IMG/VR virus record: IMGVR_UViG_3300042868_006575
Location: 1-58,638 of that record
Length of the DNA: 58,638 nt
Strand: one strand, 5' to 3'
Origin: a virus
Lineage: Duplodnaviria > Caudoviricetes
The notes beneath the pieces are model-generated. The model was not told the DNA's origin. It did no database searches and was given only the letters and a program-made list of their open reading frames with translations. Every line of letters starts with the position of its first letter. Position 1 is the stretch's first letter. The translations under genes and the position numbers were made by a program. Shown in pieces: positions 19,063 through 29,128 of this stretch.

Positions 19063-19947
19063 ATGGCACGTTTAAAGGATGTGAACTATTCGCAATCAGG
19101 CGGAGAAGATTCAATACAACAGGTTAGGAATATAGAAGAAGCTCAAATAGCAATGCATGAAGCTCCTAGTGATACTGGACTTTCATACAAGGTTTTTAAG
19201 CTTACTGATACAGGTAAAAAAGGTAAATACCACATGGAGGGTATTGATGATGTTTGGGATCCAGACAAGAAAAAGATGGTTAGAATCCGTCTTTTGAGAG
19301 GTTTCCCTAGCATTTACATGGAAGATCAAAAAAATCTTGAACCACAATTCATTAGTTCTAATAGAAGAAGCTTAGTATTTGACGCTAGAATCTTAAGGGT
19401 TCCAGATTATGACACTTCGGCTATTGAATTTTTGCAAAAGTGTAATTCAAATGTAGACAATCCAAACAAGAAGGGTACAAGAAAATTGACATTTTTTGAA
19501 TGGAATCCACAAAGACAGGCAGAAGTTGAACGCAAAAAGCGTCTTGACAGGATTGAGGCTATTAAATTTGCAACCATGGCTACAGTGGAAGATATGCGAA
19601 AGCATGCTAACTACTTGGGCATCAATGCTACAGATGACTTAGGTTTCCCTAAATCTGATGATGCAATGAGAAATGATTATGAGTTATATGCCGAATCTCA
19701 GCCTACTAAATTTATGCAAAGTGCAGGAAGTAGAGAAGTAGAAGTAGCGTTTGTTGTTAAGAAAGCTATTTTAGATTCAAAAATAGATCTTACAGCTAAA
19801 GCAGGTTCTGCATATTGGGCTAATGATGGAGGTTTTATCTGTAGGATACCTTCAGGAGTTAAGCCACAGGATTATTTAGTAGAATACGCTATGCTTCCTC
19901 AAGAAGAAAGTAAGCAGTTCTTAAATCAGCTTAAAAAGCTTAAATAG
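19063..19947 (+). CDS. Conserved structural-module protein downstream of capsid gene
   Basis: 294-aa ORF; position. Confidence 0.75.
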   Translation: MARLKDVNYSQSGGEDSIQQVRNIEEAQIAMHEAPSDTGLSYKVFKLTDTGKKGKYHMEGIDDVWDPDKKKMVRIRLLRGFPSIYMEDQKNLEPQFISSNRRSLVFDARILRVPDYDTSAIEFLQKCNSNVDNPNKKGTRKLTFFEWNPQRQAEVERKKRLDRIEAIKFATMATVEDMRKHANYLGINATDDLGFPKSDDAMRNDYELYAESQPTKFMQSAGSREVEVAFVVKKAILDSKIDLTAKAGSAYWANDGGFICRIPSGVKPQDYLVEYAMLPQEESKQFLNQLKKLK

Positions 19948-19973
19948 CCCTCATACCGCTCATATATAATAAA

Positions 19974-20010
19974 AAGTCCGTAGCCTAAAAATTACGGGCT
20001 TTTTTATTTT
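19974..20010 (+). terminator. Intrinsic terminator
   Basis: AAGTCCGTAG-cctaaaaa-TTACGGGCTT then T run. Confidence 0.8.
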
Positions 20011-20014
20011 TGTT

Positions 20015-20027
20015 TTTCGTATATTTG
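20015..20027 (+). promoter_or_regulatory. Promoter TTTCGTATATTTG (identical copy at 28328-28340)
   Basis: 13-bp match containing TAnnTTTG; precedes ring genes here and ejection genes at the second site. Confidence 0.6.
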
Positions 20028-20051
20028 TTATCATATATAACGCCCGAATAC

Positions 20052-20720
20052 ATGAATGTTAATGATATGTACCGTATTTGCCAATATGCCATTAACAAGG
20101 CGCAAAACGGTTATTTAACGAGTTCTGAGTTTAATCTCTTAGCAGATCAAGCTCAAGTTTCCTACACTGACTTTTTGGTCGGTGAGTTTCAGCAATATCA
20201 ATATGGTAGACCTCAAGCAAGAATATCTTATAGTGAGAATAGTAGTATTAGACAGCGTGTTACGCCTTTATTAAATACAGCGACATTGACAATAAATGGA
20301 TCCGGATTTGCTCCTTATCCTACAGGATATTTGCAAACAGATTCTATGATTAAGATAGCAAATTTTTCAAGAGTTAGATTTGTGGATCAAGATAGGCTTT
20401 ATTCTTACATGAATAGTACAATTGATCCAATTGCTAGTAACCCGATTTACATGTTAGTAAAAGATGGTTTTCAGTTTTATCCTATTAATTCATCTACTGC
20501 AACGCTTAGTTACTTAAAGACTCCTACTCCGATAGTTTGGGGTTACACTTTAGATGGTAATGGGCGTCAGGTTTATAACGCTGGTTTAAGTACGCAACCT
20601 GTGTGGTCAGATTTGGATTTATTAGATATTATTAGTAGAATACTGAAACTTGTTGGCGTTAACTTGCAGAATGGTCAAATTGAACAATACGCAAATCAAG
20701 TAACACAAATAGGACAATAA
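20052..20720 (+). CDS. Tail ring/tubular (head-tail adaptor) protein
   Basis: INKAQNGYLTSSEFNLLA motif; start moved to ATG 20052 because the TTG start lies upstream of the promoter box. Confidence 0.7.
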   Translation: MNVNDMYRICQYAINKAQNGYLTSSEFNLLADQAQVSYTDFLVGEFQQYQYGRPQARISYSENSSIRQRVTPLLNTATLTINGSGFAPYPTGYLQTDSMIKIANFSRVRFVDQDRLYSYMNSTIDPIASNPIYMLVKDGFQFYPINSSTATLSYLKTPTPIVWGYTLDGNGRQVYNAGLSTQPVWSDLDLLDIISRILKLVGVNLQNGQIEQYANQVTQIGQ

Positions 20721-21349
20721 TGACTAGGAATCAAATAATAGAAAGAGTATTAAGGCAGATATACAACGGGCAGCCGTCTGATGATTCTAATATCACATAC
20801 GGATTAGTTAACCAGTGGCTTAATGATGCTATTGGGGTAGCTGCTAAAAAGAATTATACAGACAATATTCAATTAGATGGAGTGGCTTATGTAAATAACT
20901 CATTCTATACTACTTTTAAAGATATTGCCGTAACAGACGAAAATAATTTTACATATAAGATTGCTTTACCTCAATTGCCGGTAGCACTTGGAAGGAATGA
21001 AGGGGTTGCTAGTTTACAATTTAAAGGTTCAAAAGCAACGGATCCTATTTCTCATTCAGCAATACCATTAAGCGTAAGTCAATTGGGTTATCTTGAAAAT
21101 ATAAGACCTATTCAAAATAAGATTGTATTCTGGCATGAAGGCGATGCATTGTATGCAAGAAGTACAGTAAATTTAACTAAATATAAAGGTATTGTAAGAA
21201 TGGTGAGTGGAGGAGATAGTACAAATCTAAATTCTACATTATTAATACCAGATGATTACATGCCTGTAATTATAGAATACATTAAAGGTCAATTGGCATT
21301 TGAGAAATCAAGGCCTATAGATCAAAGTAATGATGGCGTAGATAACTAA
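20720..21349 (+). CDS. Putative tail ring protein
   Basis: TAATG-coupled; adaptor-like organisation. Confidence 0.65.
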   Translation: MTRNQIIERVLRQIYNGQPSDDSNITYGLVNQWLNDAIGVAAKKNYTDNIQLDGVAYVNNSFYTTFKDIAVTDENNFTYKIALPQLPVALGRNEGVASLQFKGSKATDPISHSAIPLSVSQLGYLENIRPIQNKIVFWHEGDALYARSTVNLTKYKGIVRMVSGGDSTNLNSTLLIPDDYMPVIIEYIKGQLAFEKSRPIDQSNDGVDN

Positions 21350-21359
21350 ACTAAAATAT

Positions 21360-21632
21360 ATGAAACCACTTAGAGATTTTGTTTTAATTAAACCTTGTGC
21401 TCCAGATGAGATTACAGAAGGGGGATTGTTTATTCCAGAAAGCGCAAGAGAAAGAAGTAGTAAAGCTGAAGTTGTAGAAGTTGGCAATGGAACACGCCAT
21501 ATCGAAATGGAAGCAAAGAAGGGTGATAAAATATTTCATATTAAAGGCGCTGGAGATGAGTTTATCATAAACGGAGAGCCTCATTATCTTATACGTCAGG
21601 TAGATATTCTATCTTATGTTTTAAATAATTAA
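21360..21632 (+). CDS. groES: Co-chaperonin GroES (Cpn10)
   Basis: MKPLRDFVLIK...TEGGLFIPESARE...VVEVGNG...KGD...DIL. Confidence 0.9.
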   Translation: MKPLRDFVLIKPCAPDEITEGGLFIPESARERSSKAEVVEVGNGTRHIEMEAKKGDKIFHIKGAGDEFIINGEPHYLIRQVDILSYVLNN

Positions 21633-21634
21633 AA

Positions 21635-22408
21635 ATGGCATCACAAATAAGAAATTATATAACATTGGATTCGGTAATCAATGAGTATATTGATGAAAGT
21701 GAGCAAAGTATACACAAGTATGCAAAGCTTTATAATATAGCATATAGAGGTATGGAAAGGCTTGGCTTAGATTTTTTTTATAAAATTAAGTCTGTAAAAA
21801 TAGCCGTTGATACAACCAACTATACCGTTAAGCTACCGAATGATTATGTTAGCTATACTAAAATTGGTGTGCTTAATGCAAAAGGCGAAATCATACCATT
21901 GAAGTTTAATAGTAAAATGACTTTCTTTGGGGATATGATGGCCGATAGACAAGCATTGACAGATGACAATACTCTTGTTGATTGGTATCAGCAGGATATT
22001 CCTATTTTTTATAATTACTGGGACGGATATGGATTTACTAATATTTATGGTATTCCAAGTGGTTCGCCAAATGTTGGTTCCTTTAATATAGATGATGCTA
22101 ATGGTGTAGTTCTTTTAAATCAGAACTTCTATTACGATTATCTTATGATTGAATACTTATCTAGTCCAGATCCTCAGCAGCAGTTCATGATACCTCTTCA
22201 TTTTAGAGAAGCTATGATTGCTTGGTTGGCTTGGAGAGATATAGCTAGTATGCCAAATACGAGAAAAGGCGCTTTGGGTGACAAGAGAGAAAGAGAAAGA
22301 AACTTTTACAATCAAAGAAGATTGGCAAATGCTCAATTTAAGCCTCTATACTTAATGCAGACTTACGAGTGGAATTTAGAAAATCAAAGAATGACAGTTA
22401 AGGGATAA
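21635..22408 (+). CDS. Putative tail ring/tubular protein
   Basis: LPNDYVSYTKIG motif; directly before muzzle gene. Confidence 0.7.
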   Translation: MASQIRNYITLDSVINEYIDESEQSIHKYAKLYNIAYRGMERLGLDFFYKIKSVKIAVDTTNYTVKLPNDYVSYTKIGVLNAKGEIIPLKFNSKMTFFGDMMADRQALTDDNTLVDWYQQDIPIFYNYWDGYGFTNIYGIPSGSPNVGSFNIDDANGVVLLNQNFYYDYLMIEYLSSPDPQQQFMIPLHFREAMIAWLAWRDIASMPNTRKGALGDKRERERNFYNQRRLANAQFKPLYLMQTYEWNLENQRMTVKG

Positions 22409-22411
22409 GAT

Positions 22412-25400
22412 ATGATAATAAATAACCCGTTTAATGGAAAGCTGAATTTAGATGATGCAGAATATAGAATCAGCAATGGTGACTATTTAGATGCCCTGAA
22501 TATTACTAAAGATGCTCAAGGCAGAGGTCAAGACGAAGTTATTTCTAACATTGTTGGGAATAGCTTGGTTCAATATACATTACCATCGGGTACTAATAAA
22601 GTAATTGGTTTTTATCCAGATAGAATTAGAAACAGAGCGTACTATTTTGTTTGGAATAGCAATAATTATCATAGCATATTGTATTATGATGTTGACAATG
22701 ATATTGTTGTAAAAGTTCTACAAAGCAGAACGGATAGTGACAATATTGATATTTTAAAGTTTAATCCTTCTTATAAGGTTCTTTCAGTAAATATTTTTTA
22801 TAGAGATGATGAGGGTGATATTTTATACTTTAACGATGGATTAAATCCTCCGAAAAGCATAAACGTAACAACCAGTTATGGTACTTCATGGAAAGAGGAG
22901 TATTTGCTTATTGCAAAAGCGCCTCCTATCATGCCTCCAAAAGTTGTTTACGAAAATGATACAAATGTTACTGTAAACAATTTGAGAAATGCATTATTTC
23001 AGTTTTCTTATAGATTTGTTTATGAGAATAATGAAAAATCTGTATGGAGTTCAAAAAGTATTGTTCCATTGCCTCAGCAACCAACTTTACAATTAACTGA
23101 AAGTAATTATTTTAATAATTCAAGAATATCTGTATCCGTTTCAACGGGTGATGCAAATGTTTCAGCTATTGAGATAGCATTTAGAGAAACAAAAAATCAA
23201 ACTACAAGTGATTGGTTTTTAATTAAATCATTTGATAAAACAGAGCTTTCTATTGGCAACAATCAGATTTATACTTATAAGTTTTATAATGACAGTATTT
23301 ATAATGCTATTGATGTATTAGAAACAACACAGCTTCAGGATTATGTTCCTCAAAAGGCTAATGCAGCGGAGTTGGCAAATGGTAATGTTCTTTTGTATGC
23401 AGGTATTACAGAAGGGTATGATAAGACTGATATGAATTTATTGTCTTATTCCGCAAATCCTGTCTTATCCTCTTATTATTATGACCAACCGGGTTTGTTG
23501 TTTTTTGCATCATGCAACGGGAAAGATAGTGGTTCTATTGGAACCCAAATGAAAATATATGTCTTTGGTACCGGAACTAATTCTAGTAATGGAACTATTT
23601 CTGTATTAAATAATCCATCAGGTCAGTATATTATCAATGCTGTAAATGATGCAGGTTCTTATATCGGATCTTCTTATGAGTATAGCTCGTCTACTCCTTT
23701 ATCGGTTTCTGCTTTTTTAGGAAACATATCTACCGCTTTGAGTATTAATGGTTGGTCGCAGGTTTCTTTAGTGGATAATGTACTTACTATGTCTTATCCT
23801 ACTTCTTTCACGTTATACTCAAGTGGTGTAAAATATAAGAGCGCAACAGGAAATCCAGATACCACAGTGTTTGCAAATGCATGGAATTCTGGATATCAAT
23901 ATGCTGTTCAGTATTTTGATGAGGAAGGTAGAACGATTGGTGCGCAAACTAAAATAGATGCTGCATTTAATACTCCAGACAATCCGGGTATTAAATATCC
24001 TCAAACATTTTTACAAATAAAAAACAGGCCCCCATTAGAGGCTGTTTATTATCAAGTTCTTAGATCTAACACGACAACTTACAATAAGAGATTATTCTGG
24101 ATTTGCGAATCGGCTTACAGAAGTCCATTATCTGGTGTAAATGTTGGCGTTTTTAATACTCAAGAATTTGCTTACATAGGAATTGGAAATATAGCTGATT
24201 ATAATAAAGAAATAAGTTCAACAGAAAATGTTGTATCTTATTCTTTTACTCCCGGAGATAGAATTACCTTTTTAAGAAGATATGACGCATCTGGTAATGA
24301 AAAAGGTATTAAAGTTGTTGATTATGAAATATTAGGTGTTGAGAATTCTATTTTAACCACAGCAGGAGATATAGTAGGAACTTTTATTAAGATAAAATAT
24401 CCAAAAGATGATATAAATGCTGATTTTAATTTTAATGGATATTTGGATTTAAACTTTATGCATTATGAAATATTTTTGTATAATTTAACAAGCGCAGCAG
24501 ATGTTAGTCAAAGATTTTTCTATGAATTTGGAAAATGTTTTGGTATAGGAAATGCCGGAACTGCTAACGCATATCATATAGGTCTTGAACAGACTCAATC
24601 TGCTACAAACCCAACAGGTGTACCTGCTATAGTTTCAGCTACTACGGGTGACTTTTTTTACAGAAAAAGACAAGTTCCATTTAGTGACGCAAATATATTT
24701 GATGCAGGTGATCAAGATGTAAATATACCTGCTACAAGTCCGGGGTTTTATAGAACAATAAATATAAAACCTAAATTCCCTATTGATACTCCGGATTATA
24801 GTATTCAAGCGGAAATTGAAAGTAACGCTTCTTATATATATGGATCTTATCCTACTTTTGCTGATCAAGCGTTTTTCTATAACAAGAGTGCAGGCGATAT
24901 TATGATTAAGGTAGCTTTTCAAATAAAAGTTACATCTACAATTGCTTTACAAGATATACCTAATGTGGTAATACTTCAGGTAGACTCTACTACCAAGACT
25001 TATGGCAATATGTTTTTTACCAAAACAGGTGATTTAACTAGTGGAGCTTTTTTGACTTGCGATACTATTATTAAGGTACCTGCTAATACTAAAATTTGGT
25101 TTGCTATTGATGGTGAAGATTGTTATGTAAGTAACTTTAAGCTTACTTTCAATGTATTAAAAAGCAAGGTGATTGACATTATTGAAAGCAGTTTTAGTGA
25201 TAACTATAATCTTGTTACAAATAGCAATGGCAGACCATCAGTGGTAGATGAAAACGCAAAAAGAACATACTTCCCTACATTAATTAGATTTAGTGGAGCT
25301 TATCAAGTTAATACTAATATAAATGCTACCAATAATTTTCAATATGAGAATTTTGACGAATACGATAGAAGTTTTGGTGATGTTATAAGGCTTCATGTTA

Positions 25401-26923
25401 GAGATAGGTATTTAAAAGTTTATCAGAAGTTTAAAGTAGGTAATGTTCCTATTTTAACACAAATAGTAAAAGATAGCGTTAATAACCCATTGCAAGCAAA
25501 TACAGATCAATTAATTAATAAGATTCAGTATTATGCTGGCGATTATGGAATTGGTGATGCCGCTACAAGTCTTGCATGGAATAACTTTGCAGACTACTTT
25601 GTAGACAACTATAGAGGCGTAGTGTGTAGATTGAGTCAAGATGGAATAACTCCTCTTAGTATTATCTATAACATGAACTCATTCTTTGTTTCTACCTTAA
25701 AAAATTATGATCAATCATTAAATAATGGTGTTACTGCGAACGGTGGTATATATACAGGTAACCCTTGTATATATGGCGTTTTTGATGCATACACTAATAG
25801 GTACATTATTACAATGGAGGAAATTAATAGGTACTCTGATTGTAATTTTAATGGAGGTACCGCTGTTGTAATTGGATCTGGGACTACAACTACTACAACA
25901 ACTACAACAACGATAGCTCCAGCTCCTTCTTACACTAAATCATCAGGCGTAACACTTAATGTAACACAATCGGGTTCTGTTACTTATAACGATGAAACTG
26001 GTAGTAAATTTGTAAACGCTTCTGTTGGGTTACTTCAGCTAACAGGATGTATTACATTATCATCTTTTGGTGGTACCGCTGTTTATGGTTTTGATGATTA
26101 TGGGCCTGATTGTTCCGCTGCAACAACTACATCTACAACAACAATACCTCCGGTGTATTATTATTACGCTGTTGATAAGTTCGATTGTGCAAGTGCTTGC
26201 GCTCCATTAGATACTGATTTAATAGCTAGATCACCAATTATTTTATCTGTTACAAATGGGTACTACTATAAGGTTGGTGGATATACTTACCAAATTCAAA
26301 ATCAAATTTTACCACCTCCGGGATTCTATTCTGTAGATTTAACAGGTGCTCCTTCTAATGCTAGTTGTGCAACAGCTTGCGGCTTAACAACTACAACGAC
26401 CACAACTACAACTGCGGCACCTACAACTACAACGACTTCGACTACAAGTACTACTACAACAACTACAGCTGCGCCTACGACTACAACTACTTCAACAACA
26501 AGTACAACAACTACGACTACGGCTGCACCAACTACTACAACAACAAGTACTACAACAAGTACCACAACTACTACGACTAGTACAAGTACTACTACCACTA
26601 CAACGGTAGCGCCTACAACTACTACGACTACAGCTGCGTTACCGACATTGTATGATATTACATCTAATTGTAGAGTTGCAATAGTTGGTGAGAATATTTG
26701 TAATGATGTAACTTGCGGAGAAAGAACGGTTTGGTCAGATTCGCCTGTTGTTGCATTTGGAGCTAAATTATATTCTAATAGTGGTGGAACTCCGTTATCT
26801 GGATATGGTTTTATAGTTAGATGTTCTGGTGGCTCTGCTTCAGGATATACTATTTATGAATTAATTGAAGGCGGTTCTGGAGGAAATACATTTGTAGGAA
26901 ATTCAATAGGATCTTCTTGTTAA
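22412..26923 (+). CDS. Tail stabilization/muzzle protein (P22 gp10-like), N-terminal part, with mucin-like Thr-rich C-terminal extension
   Basis: GKLNLDD...GDYLDALNI start, YFNDGLNPPKSIN, FSYRFVY, NGNVLLY, YFVDNYRGVVCRLSQDGITPLS; poly-Thr after ~25880. Confidence 0.8.
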   Translation: MIINNPFNGKLNLDDAEYRISNGDYLDALNITKDAQGRGQDEVISNIVGNSLVQYTLPSGTNKVIGFYPDRIRNRAYYFVWNSNNYHSILYYDVDNDIVVKVLQSRTDSDNIDILKFNPSYKVLSVNIFYRDDEGDILYFNDGLNPPKSINVTTSYGTSWKEEYLLIAKAPPIMPPKVVYENDTNVTVNNLRNALFQFSYRFVYENNEKSVWSSKSIVPLPQQPTLQLTESNYFNNSRISVSVSTGDANVSAIEIAFRETKNQTTSDWFLIKSFDKTELSIGNNQIYTYKFYNDSIYNAIDVLETTQLQDYVPQKANAAELANGNVLLYAGITEGYDKTDMNLLSYSANPVLSSYYYDQPGLLFFASCNGKDSGSIGTQMKIYVFGTGTNSSNGTISVLNNPSGQYIINAVNDAGSYIGSSYEYSSSTPLSVSAFLGNISTALSINGWSQVSLVDNVLTMSYPTSFTLYSSGVKYKSATGNPDTTVFANAWNSGYQYAVQYFDEEGRTIGAQTKIDAAFNTPDNPGIKYPQTFLQIKNRPPLEAVYYQVLRSNTTTYNKRLFWICESAYRSPLSGVNVGVFNTQEFAYIGIGNIADYNKEISSTENVVSYSFTPGDRITFLRRYDASGNEKGIKVVDYEILGVENSILTTAGDIVGTFIKIKYPKDDINADFNFNGYLDLNFMHYEIFLYNLTSAADVSQRFFYEFGKCFGIGNAGTANAYHIGLEQTQSATNPTGVPAIVSATTGDFFYRKRQVPFSDANIFDAGDQDVNIPATSPGFYRTINIKPKFPIDTPDYSIQAEIESNASYIYGSYPTFADQAFFYNKSAGDIMIKVAFQIKVTSTIALQDIPNVVILQVDSTTKTYGNMFFTKTGDLTSGAFLTCDTIIKVPANTKIWFAIDGEDCYVSNFKLTFNVLKSKVIDIIESSFSDNYNLVTNSNGRPSVVDENAKRTYFPTLIRFSGAYQVNTNINATNNFQYENFDEYDRSFGDVIRLHVRDRYLKVYQKFKVGNVPILTQIVKDSVNNPLQANTDQLINKIQYYAGDYGIGDAATSLAWNNFADYFVDNYRGVVCRLSQDGITPLSIIYNMNSFFVSTLKNYDQSLNNGVTANGGIYTGNPCIYGVFDAYTNRYIITMEEINRYSDCNFNGGTAVVIGSGTTTTTTTTTTIAPAPSYTKSSGVTLNVTQSGSVTYNDETGSKFVNASVGLLQLTGCITLSSFGGTAVYGFDDYGPDCSAATTTSTTTIPPVYYYYAVDKFDCASACAPLDTDLIARSPIILSVTNGYYYKVGGYTYQIQNQILPPPGFYSVDLTGAPSNASCATACGLTTTTTTTTTAAPTTTTTSTTSTTTTTTAAPTTTTTSTTSTTTTTTAAPTTTTTSTTTSTTTTTTSTSTTTTTTVAPTTTTTTAALPTLYDITSNCRVAIVGENICNDVTCGERTVWSDSPVVAFGAKLYSNSGGTPLSGYGFIVRCSGGSASGYTIYELIEGGSGGNTFVGNSIGSSC
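26387..26640 (+). repeat. Mucin-like (T/S)n-AAP coding repeat
   Basis: TTTTTTAAPTTTTTSTTS units with mixed ACN codons. Confidence 0.9.
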
Positions 26924-26940
26924 AATAAAAAATATACAAA

Positions 26941-27528
26941 GTGAACGTATTAATTAAATTAAATAGCGGACAAGGAGTTAGTTTAGGGCCGATTTTTACA
27001 TTGTCAGCAAATGTAGGATCGGTAGTTCCAAATACGGCTACTTTGGATGAATTGCTTGTTGGAAAGTTAGTTTCAATAGACAATGCAGCAACTCAGGTTA
27101 CTGTATTGTCAAATGGTCTTTGCGAAAACGCATTAGTTATTCCGGTAACTACAACCACAAGCACTACTACAACGACATCAACAAGTACAACTACAACACT
27201 TTCTGTAGATTGTGTGTTAGGTTCTGGAACCGTTCAGGTAAGTCCTTTTTTATATTTTCCCAATAGTTTTGCTTTTGTTCGTACGAATGAAGCAGGTTGG
27301 ACTTGTGAAATAGCAACTATTCCGTGTTATGGACCGCCTAATCCTACGGATCCAGTATTAGGTATTCCATTAAATTTGTATTCTAATATAGATGGGGTTC
27401 CTTTTGCTGATGTTATTCGTGTAGTTGACAGAAGGTTTGGATATGGTACCTTCCCGGCTGCTATATACGCTTATGACGCTTCGACTGGCGCCGTTGGAGC
27501 ATATTTGGGAACTTGTTTAGGTGGATAA
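26941..27528 (+). CDS. Putative virion protein with Thr-rich linker
   Basis: GTG start; two small domains joined by TTTTSTTTTTSTSTTTT. Confidence 0.7.
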   Translation: MNVLIKLNSGQGVSLGPIFTLSANVGSVVPNTATLDELLVGKLVSIDNAATQVTVLSNGLCENALVIPVTTTTSTTTTTSTSTTTTLSVDCVLGSGTVQVSPFLYFPNSFAFVRTNEAGWTCEIATIPCYGPPNPTDPVLGIPLNLYSNIDGVPFADVIRVVDRRFGYGTFPAAIYAYDASTGAVGAYLGTCLGG

Positions 27529-27546
27529 AATTATAAAATTAATAAA

Positions 27547-27825
27547 ATGGGTGTAGCTAAAATAACATTATCATCAGCAGGTCCGGAAACTGGGCCGTTT
27601 GACTTGTATACAAATTTGGATGGATTTACAACTCCGTTTGAGGTTGGTGTTTCTAAGGCAGCTTTATTGGCTGGTTTTGTAAGTAATAATTTTCCTTACT
27701 CTCCCGTATATCCGGGACTTGGACAACCTGTGACGGTTAGGATTCAGTCAACTCTATTTTGTATAAATTATAGGGACGTTTCAGTTACATATCCTACAAC
27801 TACGACAACAACGGCTGCACCTTAA
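27547..27825 (+). CDS. Small putative virion protein ending TTTTTTAAP
   Basis: GPFDLY...LLAG...C pattern resembles N-domain of 26941..27528. Confidence 0.7.
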   Translation: MGVAKITLSSAGPETGPFDLYTNLDGFTTPFEVGVSKAALLAGFVSNNFPYSPVYPGLGQPVTVRIQSTLFCINYRDVSVTYPTTTTTTAAP

Positions 27826-27836
27826 AATTAAATTAT

Positions 27837-28388
27837 ATGCCAAATTCATTATATTTTCATCAAGATCCATTTACAATTTCTTTTTCAGAGCCTGATAATG
27901 CTTTTGAGTCTTTTTATTCTTATCATCCTGAGTTTATGGGTTGCTTGAATACAGACTTTTTTACCTTTAAATTAGGTCAATTATGGGAGCACAACATGGA
28001 TAGCACATATTGTAATTTTTATGGAGTTCAGTATAATGCATCTATTAAAACCGTATTTAACTTAGGTTCTTTAGATAAAAAGACTTGGATTTCCCTTATG
28101 GAAACTGGGAATACAGTATGGTCTTGCCCTGAAATATATACCCAAATGGATAGTTATGGCACCACAAAGCAGGTTAGCCAGCTTATTGAGTCCGATTTTA
28201 CCGAGCTAGAATCAGAGTTTCATGCTTCATTTTTAAGAGCTAGTAATAGTATCGGAGGCCTTTTAGAAGGCGATAATTTAAAGGGAGGTTACATTGTTAT
28301 AAAATTTGAGAAATCAAGTGCAAATACTTTCGTATATTTGAACAGCGCAACAACCAAATTCATTAATTCACCATTGAATAATAGATAA
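27837..28388 (+). CDS. C-terminal portion of muzzle/stabilization protein encoded as a separate gene
   Basis: TISFSE...FESFYSYHPE...FFTFKLGQLWEHN...NFYGVQY recalled as the C-terminal region of this family. Confidence 0.65.
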   Translation: MPNSLYFHQDPFTISFSEPDNAFESFYSYHPEFMGCLNTDFFTFKLGQLWEHNMDSTYCNFYGVQYNASIKTVFNLGSLDKKTWISLMETGNTVWSCPEIYTQMDSYGTTKQVSQLIESDFTELESEFHASFLRASNSIGGLLEGDNLKGGYIVIKFEKSSANTFVYLNSATTKFINSPLNNR

Positions 28389-28390
28389 AT

Positions 28391-29128
28391 ATGGGACCAT
28401 TATTATTAGCTGGAATAGCTTCTGGTGCACAGGCTTTACTTGGAGGTGCTCAGGCTTTAAGTAGCGGAGCAAAACAACGTGAAAAAGAACTAGATCAATA
28501 TGCAAAAAAGAGTCCTTTGTATCAAGGAAGCAAAGGTATTGAGTCCTATTACAAAGAGGCTTTAAATAGATACCAAGAAAGTCCGTATCAATCAGCTGCT
28601 TTCCAGCAAGCTACTAAAGCTGCGCAAAGAGCAAGTGCTGGTGGATTAAGATCACTTCAAGATAGAAGAGGTGCTATTGGTGGTGTCGGCAGGCTTGCAG
28701 GTATTGAGGGTGATACAATGGGTAGGGCTATTGGTGCGGCTGAAGCAAATAGAAATCAAAGATTTGGTCAATTAGGTCAGGCAGCACAAATGCAACAAGG
28801 TGAAGAAAGATTTAAGTTTGATGTAAATCAAATGACTCCTTATAATAGAAATTTACAATTAAGACAATTTAAAGCGCAAGCGGCAAATGATAGAAGGGCA
28901 GCCGGGTTGCAAATGGTTGGCGGTGCATTAAGTAACTTTGCTACAAATGCTATGTATTCTGATGGTATTGGTAACAATGGTTTGCCTAAGATTTCTAATA
29001 CCGCAAATCCGGTAACAGTTAATCCTTCTGGAACTTCAAATTTGTTAGGCATGCCGGGGTATAAAGCACAGCTTCCGAGTTCTTTTAATAAATTTTTTCA
29101 AACGAGTACCCCTAAAAAGATTTTTTAA
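28391..29128 (+). CDS. Putative ejection/pilot protein
   Basis: G/A/Q-rich, hydrophobic N-terminus, after tail genes. Confidence 0.65.
   Translation: MGPLLLAGIASGAQALLGGAQALSSGAKQREKELDQYAKKSPLYQGSKGIESYYKEALNRYQESPYQSAAFQQATKAAQRASAGGLRSLQDRRGAIGGVGRLAGIEGDTMGRAIGAAEANRNQRFGQLGQAAQMQQGEERFKFDVNQMTPYNRNLQLRQFKAQAANDRRAAGLQMVGGALSNFATNAMYSDGIGNNGLPKISNTANPVTVNPSGTSNLLGMPGYKAQLPSSFNKFFQTSTPKKIF

Noticed and set aside
20010-20051. TTG starts at 20010, 48135 and 53091
   Set aside because: Each lies upstream of or inside a TAnnTTTG promoter box; downstream ATGs 20052, 48153 and 53106 used.
26326-26598. Poly-Val minus-strand ORF and YNN-rich 26365..26580
   Set aside because: Shadows of the poly-Thr tract.
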